Assembly: GCA_041662745.1 (NCBI GenBank)
Contig: JBAZRV010000004.1
Location: 6,315-70,314 of the forward strand
Direction: 5' to 3'
Source: Patescibacteria group bacterium
GTDB lineage: Bacteria; Patescibacteriota; Patescibacteriia; 2-01-FULL-39-33
DNA: 64,000 nt
Positions 19,401 through 29,318 of the stretch are shown here, piece after piece; position 1 is the stretch's first letter; every line of letters begins with the position of its first letter. The translations under genes were made by a program, and so were the position numbers. Under the pieces are notes generated by a model, which did not search any database, was not told the origin of the DNA, and saw only the letters and a program-made list of their open reading frames with translations.

Positions 19401-22400
19401 CATGCCAGCCAAATTGCCCAAAACTCCTCCGGAAGTGTCAAACTTCTTAGCGGTATGCCAAGGCAGTTCAACATGCAAGACAATATTAACCGGAACAAAA
19501 CTCAATAGCTGTCCGTAACCGGCGACAGCCACCGCCCCCCAACCGCCCCAAGAATCTTCATCAGCCAAGTTAAGCGAATTGGGAGCAAAAACTATGTCCA
19601 GCAAATTGCCCAGACTGCCGAAAATAGAATTGAAAAATTGACTAATGCCTGACCAAGTATTGGTCCAGAAACTGGAAGTTTGTCCTTCACAATCTTCAGT
19701 TGAACCCCTGCAACCTCCATAAAGGTCATTCAAAGATTGATTTTGCTGAGAAATCGTTTGCGCCACTCCGACTGCTCCGGCTGAAGCGCCGCTGTCAACA
19801 AACACTTTGGCGCATTTATTGGTGCCGGGATTAGAGCAGTGGACTGAGTCTTCACAATTCGCGATACCGCCGGTACAAGAACACGGCTCAGCCGTTGTCT
19901 CGCAAAAATAAGTATAATCGCTGATCGGCTTGGCGTACTTTTCGGCTAAGTCTGCAGTAATACAATTATTATTGGAAGAGAAAGCTTCTGTGGAGTTAAC
20001 GCAATTGGCAGTATTAACGACGCTCTGACAAGTGCTATTGGCATTGTCTTCCGGATTATCGCACGAGCAAGGCTTTAATCCTCCGCCAGATGAGTCATTA
20101 AGCGTGGCTAAAACGGAATATTCGCAAACCCTGCCACTGGGATTGCTTTGCACCCAGGATTGCACTTCCTCTTGAGCCGGAGTGGTCACGGAGCTTGTGT
20201 CCGAAACGGTAATTAACCCGTTGCCGGCCGGAACATAACAAATAGGCAAAGGAATGATGCCTAACGGTTTGGCGCAAACTAAATTCTTCCACATGCCGAC
20301 TGACAGGGCTCCGCCAAACAGGGTGTGACTGGCCGTATCGCCGATAGCGATAAAAATGCCGTCAAATTGGAATTTATAAATAAACGGATAACGGAAGAGC
20401 GGCGACCAAGTCGGACTGATTCTAAACGAGGTAGCTTTGGTTTGTTTGGCATTAGTGTCAAATTTCAACGCCTCCATGCCGGAATCATTCACGCCTTCGC
20501 CGAACAAGCCGAAATTACTCGTGTATTGCGACACGTCAAGAACCATAGTTCTCTTTTCCAAGCAATAATACAAAGGATAGCGCTCGCTGTAATAACCGGA
20601 AAAATCGCTTAAAGTCTCACCGCGAATGGAATCAACCGGCCACCATTGCAAACACTGCTGATTATTGGCCGGGTCCGGCGTCAAACAATAGCCGTATTGG
20701 CCATAAAAATAATTATTACCGTCATTATACTTGCAAGCCGGAGCATTCAGGCTGGGATAAACGCGACAAGTGCGATCAACATAGCCATTGGCGCTGGATT
20801 TAAGCAACGGCTTAAGATTGACGTTATCCCACAAGGTATAACCGCCGAGTTTGGAGTTATCTATGCCTTTGCTGCCGTCGGGATTCATATTGAATAAGGC
20901 GAGTTGCACTCCGGAAACATTGTCTCCCGTACGGAAATGCACTATTACCTGCCTCCAGGGCAAGCCGGTAGGAATCTGCATTATCTCGCCTTTGACCCAG
21001 TCGCCTTCATAAACCCCGCCATCAACAATGGCTAAGCCGGGACGCGGCTGACTCTTGGAATTAAGAAAGCGCAAACGCAATTCCGCATAAGGCAAGCGAC
21101 CGCCGGAACCCGGACCTTGTAAATCCTTGGTATGAACCCAGGCGGACAAAAAATATTCCTGATTGGGCAGTATATCAACCGACTCGGAAATAACGCCCCA
21201 ACCCGAATTAACTTTTAAATAACCTACGCCATCTTTGGCCTTGGCGCCGTCACGGCTGATATTGACATAGCTTGATTGCCAATTCCTGTAGACGATATCA
21301 GGATTGCCGCTGGCGCAATCAGAATTGCTGGCGCAATAATAAACGGCCAAACGCCAGCCCAACGGCTGAGTCGTAGCGCCGAAAGTCTCTTCAAAATTAC
21401 CATTAACCACATTAGACGACTGGCCGACTTGCGTCATGGCATCAAAAGAATAATAGCCAACGCGTGAAAAACCGGATTTATTGGCATCCAACGAGGGAGA
21501 ATAGTCATCGTTGCTAACAGCATCATTAGTCAGATAATTATTGCAAATACCGTTATCGCCCAAAGAATTGCAAGCGCTGACCTCCAAGCAAGAATCCTGA
21601 TCGCTGAAAAAATACGGAGCTAAAGTGGATGACTGCCCCTCTTCTTTCTTCTCAAAAGTAGAGCAAGTCAGCCAATTGGCGCAGGCGCGGTTGGGTTGCG
21701 ATTTCAAAATAACATTAGCGTCTTTGGGTTTGCCTTCAGCGGTCGCGGCTGTCGGCGGAACCGAGCGGGATAAACCGTTAATGCCTTGCGGATAATTATT
21801 ATCCCGAGTCAAACGGCTGGAAAAAGCCAACGAGGTGGTGGCGCTATTAATCAGATTGCTGTAATCAAGCTGACTGCGATCATTGAATAAAACACAGCCT
21901 TTATGATAATCAACTTGACCGTTGCAATCGCCGCCGCTAACCTTGGAATTCAAAATATAAGAAACGCTGGCCAAGCCCACTTTATCCCTGACTAAATCTA
22001 TCGGTGATCCGTCTTTGGTCTTGAAAGCCACGCGACAAGTCAATGATTTGGGGTTATCCACGGCTAAATAAAGATAATGGCCAAAATTATCGGAGAGATT
22101 ATTACTTACGTTTTGGACATCGCTGCAAATTATATCGCCGACTTGCAGATTGTCGGACAGGACATACAAAATATTTTTCTTAATAGACACATCTGCGCAG
22201 ACATCCTTGCCCTCACAGCGTTGCGGGATAAGATTGGACGCTAAATTTTCTAATGGATCAATATATTCGCTGCAACCGGATTGTTCGGCTGAACAGGACC
22301 CGACCCAGCCGCTGTAAGCCGGATCAGACGATTCTTGCAGAGTCACTGAGTTGATCGGGCCGAGCGGTTGCAATTTGTCCGTCGCCGCCTTATAGCTTAA

Positions 22401-25400
22401 GCCCAGCGTTTGCTGGTAAGTGGTAGGACAAGTCTCGGTGGTGCCGGATTTAACCCATTTATCCAAATTATTGGTATTATCAGCGGAAGTAAACTGGCAA
22501 ACCTTGCCGTGCGGATCCTTGAAGTAAGCCAAGGTGTTATTCCCGACCCACTCTTCGCACCATAAATTTTCGGCTGAGCATAGATCAGTGGAATAACGAT
22601 CCGGATCGTTTTTAATATAGATATCCCGATAACCGGTAATCTCATCCCATTTGTCTATCAAAGGCAAACCATAGCGAGTGCAACCCTTATCATTCTTGGC
22701 GCAGGCATATTTATCGTCATTGACCAAATAAACCAAGGTATCAGTTGCCACAAAAATATCATCATGATTAACGCTATTGGCGATATTAAACGATTGCGCC
22801 TGAGGCGCGCTGGAATTAAAGGTATCAATCAAGGCCTCGCAACCGGCCGCTTCGGGGCGACACAAGGAAGCAAAGGATCTTAAGTAAGCTGTTTTATTCT
22901 TACGATCCGAGTAACCGGCGCAACCCAGCATTTCTCCGACGGAGCAACGTCCGGACTGGGTATCCTGGCAAACACCCTCAGCTTTGGCCTTGCTGCCGTC
23001 AGGATCATCCAATTTATTGTCGCAAGAAAGCGGAGTGAACCAAGAATTTTCTATGGCGTAAACTTGGTTAGTGATTTCCTTAAGAATAACATTATCCAAA
23101 TAAACGATCTGGCCGTTGGGCATGGAAAATTCCAAGTAATTGCCGTCGCCCGGTTCCCAGGTTACGAATAACGGCCCCAGTTCATAACGCTTCCAGTCTG
23201 CCGTCAACTGCGTCCGCGGACTGATTAGATTTTCTCCGAATAAACGGCTGGCAGAAAAATAATTATTGCCGGCGGCGGCAGAGTTGTCATTCCAATTAAC
23301 ACCGCTCTTTTCGGCAAATCTGATATTGTCAAAATAATAAGAAGCATTGCCTTTAGCCCAGAATGACAGGGTATAGGCCTTGCCCTTGTTAATTGTTATC
23401 GGATAATGAATGGTGGAATTATCAACCTTATTAGATAAAGAATTACCGCCGGGGAAGGTTGACTCGGAAGAAATGAATAAGCCGTTTTTGCCGCCATTGG
23501 CATCCTCCCATAAATCCAAAGCGGTGCTGCTGGCGGTAAAATTAACCACGCTAATGGCATTTTTGACGTTATTACCCCGGTTGCCGGTGTAAGCGCGGCA
23601 GCCCTGAGCGGCGGCAGGACAAGTTTTTCCCTGTCCGGGGATAGCCATATAAATACATTCACTGCTATCATTCCACCAACCGCTATGGCTTTCGCAATTG
23701 GCCTTGGCCTCGGTAAACGAGGTTTCGGTCATGGTGCGGCGATACGGGTGGCAATTATCGGAAACGGAAACAGTGCGGGATAATAAACGATAATGAATAT
23801 TGCCGTTTACATCATACAATTCGCGGCAATCCGGGTTGCTAACCATATCATCCTTGGTACAGACGCCAAAATCATAACGATCGCGATCCGCACCGCGAGC
23901 GCTCGTTGGATCATTGCAAACGGCATTGCCCGAAGCGTTATAAGCCAAATTAACGCAAGGAGCGCTGCCATTGCCAACGCCGGCCGTTTCTGGGTCGCTG
24001 GCGATCTGTGATTTCTTTAAGCTGAACGCCACCAGCTGGTAACCGGTGATATCGGAACCCTCCCAAGTATAATAAGCGCCGTCATCAACCGATGGTTTCT
24101 GGCAGGCCTGGATTTGACTATAATATTCTTTCTGCTCCCCGCCCTGGCCGGCAACGTCAAGATTGGTGAATTCATCGCAACCGGCATAACTGGCAGAACA
24201 AGTCTTGAGTTTGTTGTCGGCGATGAACTGCCTGAAAGCTTGATTGATAAAACTGGTCTCTTCTTGATTGTATAACTGATAGCCGGCGCATTCCTTAGGA
24301 CAAGCATCAAAATCCTGCGCCACACCCGGTATTGACGGGTCACCATTAAGGGGGCGATATAATTCACAACCGACTTCTTGCGGCGTACAAACACCGGAAT
24401 ACAGGGCGCAATTGGCATTCTTATTCTTTAAGACGCCAGTTAGCTCCTGTTGATTTTGGGGCCATTGCAAGCCGGCAAGATCCGGATAAGCATCATAACA
24501 ACTAAAGTAACTGGGGGCCTTCTTAAGGTAAGCCACTTGTTCAATCGGCCGGGTTGAAGGATTATAATCGCTATAATTACTGGGATAAGTAGCATTAAAA
24601 GAAATCGCCTCAACCTTGGCATTATCAATAATCGCCTCCTGGCCGGCCGATCCGGTGGAGAACCACAATTCCAGTTTAGCGGCGTTATCCGGCGCCTTAA
24701 ATTTACAGAAAAACCGACTGGAAGTGGCAAAGGAAGTCGGAGTAAACTTCAAAGCCAATGTTTGCGGGACACTGCCATCCTTGTCTCTGGCCCAGTCGCA
24801 AGTCGCCGAAGAAGTGGCTACCTGCAAAACGGCTCCGGCCTTGGATTTGAATCTCAAAAAAGTCTCAATCGGAACTGCCTGGTCAACGGAAGCTTGATAA
24901 CCGTCAATAGCCAAAAAATAATATTGGCCGGGAGTAACTTGGATTGCCTTATTAACATTAGCGCTATCCAAACCACTTAAATAGCCGATCTTGGCTCTGG
25001 TGTTATCTGCCAAGGTCAGATTGCTCCAATCATATAAAGTGCCGTCAAAGCCGCCGTTAATGACAACATTACCGCCCAAATTTGATTTAGTGCGGATGAA
25101 TTGGCTGCAGCCGTCGCTTAAAGACGAGCAAGTCTGAGCATCACGATCAAAATACATTTCAGTTGCGCCCTCGCGCGAAGAAACAAGGACTGATACGGCG
25201 CCGACGCCGCAAGCAGTACTGATGGGATAAAATTCAAAATCATCAAGATATAAATCGGCGTAAACCCCGGCAGGATTGCGCGCCACCAAAATCACCCGTT
25301 CATTGTCGCCGGAATTAAAATTCAAATTAGCTTCGCGCCAACCGGAGGAACCGCTGGTCAATTGCAAATTATTCAATAAGGAAGGCCATAATGAGCTGTC

Positions 25401-28109
25401 TTGATCAAAAGACGTAAAGTCTTTGCTATCGGCCCGCACTTCCACATTAACATTGCCGTTAATAGACCCTTTATAATAAAATCTAACATTATAATTGGTG
25501 TTCTTCTCTACCGGTATAGCCGGCTCGTAACTGATCAGATCGGCCGGAGCATAAAGCGTCTTAATAAAAAGCGCGGCGGCGCCACTGTGTTTTTCGGTGG
25601 TAACGCGAAGATGGCGATTGTTGTTGTCAATAAACGCCAAAGTCCAAGAAGCGGCTTTCCAGCTTTCCTGGCTGTTAAGCAACGCTTCCAAACCGAGATT
25701 CGGCTTGTTTATCACTTCGGCAGTATAGACATCGGGGAATAATTTAGCGTCATTGCATAACCGCAATTGGCAAGACACGCCATTGTCCGGAACATTGCAG
25801 AAAGGATTCTGAGGGATATAACTGGCCTGATCTGCGGCTTCGGAATACTGGAAACTGCAATAATTGCCGCCGGTAGTCTGATGGAAAACGCAACCTTTGC
25901 CCGTGACATCCAATTTACACATGTCCGAGGAGCAGGGCGAAGCCAATCGCAAACGCGAATTGGCGCTGACTTGATGGCCGGCCTGCACCCACCAATCCTT
26001 ATCGCTTCTGTTGAAAGTTATTATTTGATTGATAGTCTCAGGCGGAGCAAGTTGCGTACCGCTGCCCAAATTAGTCCAAGTCTGACTGGACGGATTGTAA
26101 TTGATGGCATACCAACGACAACCGGCCACTTGCGCATTGCAATTTCTAAAATCCAAGGTATTGGTTAAATAAGAAGAGGCATTGCCGGCGCGCGAAGCGT
26201 AGGTCTGGCAGGAATTGACTCTGGCCGGACAAGTCTTCCCCAAATCCCAAACGCGACGCTCTTCATTGCAATAGCCATAAGCCAAGCAAGCGCCGTTCTC
26301 ATCCTCTTGCAGACATTGTTGCTCGTCGGAACAGTATTCCAAGCGGCCGATGGTTCCGCTTTGATCGTCTTTATTCAGATTAAGAGCGCCGTAACCTTGG
26401 CGGCGACAACTGGTTTCATACGCTTTCAGCGTCCAGTAAGGGTCAACCATCCCCTTAAAGTTATTGGTGGTGCAACCGTTTTTGCCTATGCCTTCATAAC
26501 AATTGATCAATTCGCCCAGAGTATATTCGCGATTACTGTTAGAATTCTTAATAAAATTAGCGGCTTCTTCCCAACCCACCGGTACGATGCGGTATTGGCG
26601 TAAAACCAAAATAGAACGGTAAGGAATGGCTGTCTGCAAGGAGTTGGACTGTTCTGATCGAGGAGAAAAAACCCGGTTCTTGATTTGATCAGGCAGATCA
26701 ATCACATAGGTTTTGCTTTTAACCGCTTGGGCCAAAGAATCATCCATGACGCAGTCCATTGGTCCGGGATTAGTTTTGGCTGAGTCATCGCAAGAAGAAA
26801 GCTCAACTATTAAATCAACCTTCCCGCCTTGCTGGCCCTGGCTGCCGGAAATGGCGTTATTTATTCTTTCTTCAGCCCCCTTAGTGCCTTCAGTAATTAT
26901 CGGACTGGCCGAAGGATTAAACAAAGCGGTCAAGGCGCCGGAAAGTATGCTGGAACCTTGACTGGCCAGAGAATTGGAACTACCGCCGGATGAACCGCCG
27001 GATGATGATTGCGTCAAAGAAAACAAGCCCTCTTTTAATAACCCTAACGATTCGGCTACGACCGTATCCATGAATTCAAACGGCACAGCCATAGCTGTTT
27101 CCGTCCAAGTAATAGCGTATTGCGAGTTGCCTTTTTTCAACATGGCATCAGCCATCATTTCATGAAGCATGGTGCCGGGAGTAAGGATTTTACCATTAAA
27201 GGTTGCCTTGCTCAGCCAACCCTGATTGGTGCTGGCTTCATAAGTTTTGGCTTTGATCTGCTGATTAACCGCCGCATCGCGCAAATCCAAAGCTAACAAT
27301 GAAGCGGTGATATCATTTTCTCCGGGGCGCAAGGCCAAGGTGTACTCTAAGGGAAAATTTAGATTAGTTACGGCCTCTTGCCAATTGGTCATGATTTCGG
27401 AAAAAGTACACCTGACACGGGGAGTCGTCTGGCCTAATTGAATATTAATCAATAGCCGTACCTGCAAATCAGGCTGGCAGATATCCACGCCGTAATGCTG
27501 GCTGAAGTTATCAATAAAATCACCCAAAGCCGAGTCGGCGGCATTAAGCAGATAGGCATTCCATCCTTCGGTAATATAGGCCGGCTTCTGACCCTTAAGC
27601 GCGGTAAAAGCGATCTTGGTGGCTTCACGCGTCACGCTTCTAAGCAAGGTATCCAAGGCTTTAGAGGCGGAACTACTCAGGGCGGATAAAAATTTCCTCC
27701 GCCTTTCATCGTTCTTCACTTTTCTAATTTCTGACTTCAAATCGGCTTCAATTTGGTCTCCCGTGCTGGCATCGGAAATATACTTATTACAAACGGTCTG
27801 AGCTTCAGTTAAAGCGCTAAGTTTGGCGCCGCATTCAAATGCCGTACAAGGTATGGCCAATGCTGCTGTTTTCAATTCTTGGCACATTGCTAAAGCTGTC
27901 TTGGCAGGAACACCGGCTTCCGCTTCAGCTTCCGCTTCAGCTAAATCTATTTTTGATTGAGCTAATTGTTCATCAAAAGCCGCCTGGGGATCAACTTGAG
28001 CTAAGACATTTAAAGGGTAAAGAATCCACAAGCAACAAAAAACTACTCCCAATAAAACCATCGGGCCATAAAATCTTACACGATTATACTTATTCAGATT
28101 TAAAAGCAT
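16491..28109 (-). CDS. Giant cysteine-rich secreted or surface protein, 3872 aa, probably an adhesin or effector of the T4SS-like system
   Basis: A single 11.6-kb ORF with an N-terminal signal/TM segment (MVLLGVVFCCLWILYPLNVLAQV). It has very many Cys residues and repeated lectin/CBM-like segments (NGNFEE...GW...). No stop codon occurs across 11.6 kb. Confidence 0.7.
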   Translation of the reverse strand: MLLNLNKYNRVRFYGPMVLLGVVFCCLWILYPLNVLAQVDPQAAFDEQLAQSKIDLAEAEAEAEAGVPAKTALAMCQELKTAALAIPCTAFECGAKLSALTEAQTVCNKYISDASTGDQIEADLKSEIRKVKNDERRRKFLSALSSSASKALDTLLRSVTREATKIAFTALKGQKPAYITEGWNAYLLNAADSALGDFIDNFSQHYGVDICQPDLQVRLLINIQLGQTTPRVRCTFSEIMTNWQEAVTNLNFPLEYTLALRPGENDITASLLALDLRDAAVNQQIKAKTYEASTNQGWLSKATFNGKILTPGTMLHEMMADAMLKKGNSQYAITWTETAMAVPFEFMDTVVAESLGLLKEGLFSLTQSSSGGSSGGSSNSLASQGSSILSGALTALFNPSASPIITEGTKGAEERINNAISGSQGQQGGKVDLIVELSSCDDSAKTNPGPMDCVMDDSLAQAVKSKTYVIDLPDQIKNRVFSPRSEQSNSLQTAIPYRSILVLRQYRIVPVGWEEAANFIKNSNSNREYTLGELINCYEGIGKNGCTTNNFKGMVDPYWTLKAYETSCRRQGYGALNLNKDDQSGTIGRLEYCSDEQQCLQEDENGACLAYGYCNEERRVWDLGKTCPARVNSCQTYASRAGNASSYLTNTLDFRNCNAQVAGCRWYAINYNPSSQTWTNLGSGTQLAPPETINQIITFNRSDKDWWVQAGHQVSANSRLRLASPCSSDMCKLDVTGKGCVFHQTTGGNYCSFQYSEAADQASYIPQNPFCNVPDNGVSCQLRLCNDAKLFPDVYTAEVINKPNLGLEALLNSQESWKAASWTLAFIDNNNRHLRVTTEKHSGAAALFIKTLYAPADLISYEPAIPVEKNTNYNVRFYYKGSINGNVNVEVRADSKDFTSFDQDSSLWPSLLNNLQLTSGSSGWREANLNFNSGDNERVILVARNPAGVYADLYLDDFEFYPISTACGVGAVSVLVSSREGATEMYFDRDAQTCSSLSDGCSQFIRTKSNLGGNVVINGGFDGTLYDWSNLTLADNTRAKIGYLSGLDSANVNKAIQVTPGQYYFLAIDGYQASVDQAVPIETFLRFKSKAGAVLQVATSSATCDWARDKDGSVPQTLALKFTPTSFATSSRFFCKFKAPDNAAKLELWFSTGSAGQEAIIDNAKVEAISFNATYPSNYSDYNPSTRPIEQVAYLKKAPSYFSCYDAYPDLAGLQWPQNQQELTGVLKNKNANCALYSGVCTPQEVGCELYRPLNGDPSIPGVAQDFDACPKECAGYQLYNQEETSFINQAFRQFIADNKLKTCSASYAGCDEFTNLDVAGQGGEQKEYYSQIQACQKPSVDDGAYYTWEGSDITGYQLVAFSLKKSQIASDPETAGVGNGSAPCVNLAYNASGNAVCNDPTSARGADRDRYDFGVCTKDDMVSNPDCRELYDVNGNIHYRLLSRTVSVSDNCHPYRRTMTETSFTEAKANCESHSGWWNDSSECIYMAIPGQGKTCPAAAQGCRAYTGNRGNNVKNAISVVNFTASSTALDLWEDANGGKNGLFISSESTFPGGNSLSNKVDNSTIHYPITINKGKAYTLSFWAKGNASYYFDNIRFAEKSGVNWNDNSAAAGNNYFSASRLFGENLISPRTQLTADWKRYELGPLFVTWEPGDGNYLEFSMPNGQIVYLDNVILKEITNQVYAIENSWFTPLSCDNKLDDPDGSKAKAEGVCQDTQSGRCSVGEMLGCAGYSDRKNKTAYLRSFASLCRPEAAGCEALIDTFNSSAPQAQSFNIANSVNHDDIFVATDTLVYLVNDDKYACAKNDKGCTRYGLPLIDKWDEITGYRDIYIKNDPDRYSTDLCSAENLWCEEWVGNNTLAYFKDPHGKVCQFTSADNTNNLDKWVKSGTTETCPTTYQQTLGLSYKAATDKLQPLGPINSVTLQESSDPAYSGWVGSCSAEQSGCSEYIDPLENLASNLIPQRCEGKDVCADVSIKKNILYVLSDNLQVGDIICSDVQNVSNNLSDNFGHYLYLAVDNPKSLTCRVAFKTKDGSPIDLVRDKVGLASVSYILNSKVSGGDCNGQVDYHKGCVLFNDRSQLDYSNLINSATTSLAFSSRLTRDNNYPQGINGLSRSVPPTAATAEGKPKDANVILKSQPNRACANWLTCSTFEKKEEGQSSTLAPYFFSDQDSCLEVSACNSLGDNGICNNYLTNDAVSNDDYSPSLDANKSGFSRVGYYSFDAMTQVGQSSNVVNGNFEETFGATTQPLGWRLAVYYCASNSDCASGNPDIVYRNWQSSYVNISRDGAKAKDGVGYLKVNSGWGVISESVDILPNQEYFLSAWVHTKDLQGPGSGGRLPYAELRLRFLNSKSQPRPGLAIVDGGVYEGDWVKGEIMQIPTGLPWRQVIVHFRTGDNVSGVQLALFNMNPDGSKGIDNSKLGGYTLWDNVNLKPLLKSSANGYVDRTCRVYPSLNAPACKYNDGNNYFYGQYGYCLTPDPANNQQCLQWWPVDSIRGETLSDFSGYYSERYPLYYCLEKRTMVLDVSQYTSNFGLFGEGVNDSGMEALKFDTNAKQTKATSFRISPTWSPLFRYPFIYKFQFDGIFIAIGDTASHTLFGGALSVGMWKNLVCAKPLGIIPLPICYVPAGNGLITVSDTSSVTTPAQEEVQSWVQSNPSGRVCEYSVLATLNDSSGGGLKPCSCDNPEDNANSTCQSVVNTANCVNSTEAFSSNNNCITADLAEKYAKPISDYTYFCETTAEPCSCTGGIANCEDSVHCSNPGTNKCAKVFVDSGASAGAVGVAQTISQQNQSLNDLYGGCRGSTEDCEGQTSSFWTNTWSGISQFFNSIFGSLGNLLDIVFAPNSLNLADEDSWGGWGAVAVAGYGQLLSFVPVNIVLHVELPWHTAKKFDTSGGVLGNLAGMLIQAAGVDLGISTFGLRIITDEDSEFGKDLTDPNPAVTGDVLGFAKFLDFNKPAGMGDKMGGIAVVGNFAGKQVVEYCYKLVQVVNSGNENKAWASRLSSGSQYLDYLGKDCVKDSSISGDAIPSGVGIVTPSNAELFSDGCFYSSAYCLAESRRLYDADGALLGFYPLNLCQNFIGIDNGQGVNDPDDPTRKLYCAEGISLEGRQRTAYLNQANALNCEIAYNSRPIGESADNNYFQVHSFAKDTPSIAINDCRINYKYFCVNDRNFGAIGILRDKKLIYRRIYAAVGYNYATDYKPFGSTVAPENGQYPNEWDTRPDSGGNQPIFYEFPGGSAPPYQARAGQKSDNSLYYVDNFSVSKPDLLQLFGRSYSLWQWQADKSSDPLIGHYTDISGAISSNNSVWSLPTLYCPNNSRPANTYLSFCLVRPEFTLAQVNPTIVNSIGAVKVSFNSKIDPDQVPIRSYDIDWGDGNVSSYAGLSLASRPTSSNAFNLYHFYNYDSLANKNLRECETKVGILPLGDGTTETVEEYNDDLTKGACQEPVRSTSNPAAFHVPIKLTVRDNWASVNSITIKDLIVLRRDTYDAEQQDALAECKPASYSSALGQQCSSGNPCCSATCYWLPENEVNLNIDPTDSTQKTCCATYTGGWRRCREIGDGYCDIGEQAIDPNTDNYSPDDCGNVVADVAPIDYADGVCPETKSLDDDIDCPLGQGSLITLAHDSYDWKAFMAINTVGGGCGGAPGTGEEGEYNDERGESKGNFNFNADASTFAGYAVSSSIEYFLDLVYAPNDAESDKQLRYGDIFRLVPCFKDSYGSGSNSCPATSAVKPADAASIPVVSPIKLNIYKTQPTWLQQLFGADPSDWKAYLDACGADGDVYFKVCQNQSCDGPADKVGIGDRVVLRVVTNSAQAGSPIEASLYDVTLYAGGEDQSPTFLNTEEDASRPYKAAQVNVSPSLNFRLCNRYGNCGY

Positions 28110-28116
28110 AATTATT

Positions 28117-29163
28117 TTAAGTTGAAGTTGCTGTTGAAGAAACTATGCGCTTTTCTAATTGGCTGATGAACACCTGTTTCAATTCATCATCGCCAATGGT
28201 GTCCAAAATAACGCTATCACCGCCGGATTTAATCAGGATCTGCCTGATTTGCGCGCCGGACAGCTGTTTAAAATCAGCCATAGTGGTAACGCCGAATGAC
28301 TCCAAATTAACATTGGCCCAACCGCTCGTAGCGGTAGCTAAAGCATCAACGGTCAAATCTGTTTGGTTAACTAAAGCATCATCAACGCCCAAATCTCCGC
28401 CAATGGCGTAAGAAGAAAAAACTGTCGGATCAATCAGGCCGTATTGCTGCAATTGTTGCGCCATAGTCGGATTATTCTGCAAATATTGAGCAAAAGTCTG
28501 CATTAATTCATCATCGGTGGTATCGGCCAGATCCTGATCGCTAATGCCGCTGCTTTTTAGCATCTGTCTGATAATATCCGGAGTCAAAGCCGAATAATTG
28601 TTGGTCTGGCCGGCAGTTGCCGTTAGGGGCGCCGAATCAGTGGAACCGGATGGCAAGACGCCGGTATCGGAAGGGCTGGCAGTAGAATCCATGGTAGGCA
28701 ATCCCGTACATTTTTGGCCTTGCGGACAGTTCGGATCAGTCCCCCTATCCACCTCAATTTTATCGTTAAGGCCGTCGGAATCGCTGTCTTTAAGATAGGG
28801 ACTGGTATGATAAACGCTTAATTCAAGATTATCAGCCAGGCCATCGGCGTCGGTATCGCGGGTCATCATGTCCCTTATTTGCGCTTGTTGCAAAGCTAAC
28901 CTCTCCGCGCGGGATTTATTACCGGCCTTAACTATATCTTGAAAAGGATTTTGGCTGGCGAAAAAAAACTGCCAAAAACCAAAAACAAGGGCCATTAACC
29001 CGATTGCCGCGATTAAAACTGTATGCATTTTTTCCTTGCCGGTAAGCGATTTACCTAAGCTTGAGTCATTGCCTGAAGCGGGGGTATCGCCCACTTCCAG
29101 ATTCTTCAAGTAATCAGCTTCTTTATCTTCACTTATCGGCCGGGGTTGTTCACTACCTTCCAT
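28117..29163 (-). CDS. Membrane-anchored protein with thrombospondin-type-3-like Ca-binding repeats, 348 aa
   Basis: A TM helix (LIAAIGLMALVFGFWQFFF) is followed by the DTDADGLAD and DSDSDGLND repeats. Confidence 0.45.
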   Translation of the reverse strand: MEGSEQPRPISEDKEADYLKNLEVGDTPASGNDSSLGKSLTGKEKMHTVLIAAIGLMALVFGFWQFFFASQNPFQDIVKAGNKSRAERLALQQAQIRDMMTRDTDADGLADNLELSVYHTSPYLKDSDSDGLNDKIEVDRGTDPNCPQGQKCTGLPTMDSTASPSDTGVLPSGSTDSAPLTATAGQTNNYSALTPDIIRQMLKSSGISDQDLADTTDDELMQTFAQYLQNNPTMAQQLQQYGLIDPTVFSSYAIGGDLGVDDALVNQTDLTVDALATATSGWANVNLESFGVTTMADFKQLSGAQIRQILIKSGGDSVILDTIGDDELKQVFISQLEKRIVSSTATST

Positions 29164-29318
29164 TAGAGGTGTGGATAAGTTATGTATTAATTATACCACA
29201 AAATCGTTTTCGTAAAAAGATTTATACTAGAACATTTAAAGAATGAATAAATCAAGGAAACGAAAAAACAACAATCACCCGTTTTGTTGCCTTACTGTTT
29301 GAGCATTATCTCGTTTGG

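Noticed and set aside
16985-28111. Dozens of 60-130-aa ORFs inside and antisense to the giant gene
   Set aside because: They are embedded in a continuous 11.6-kb ORF with consistent coding character on the minus strand. They are spurious.
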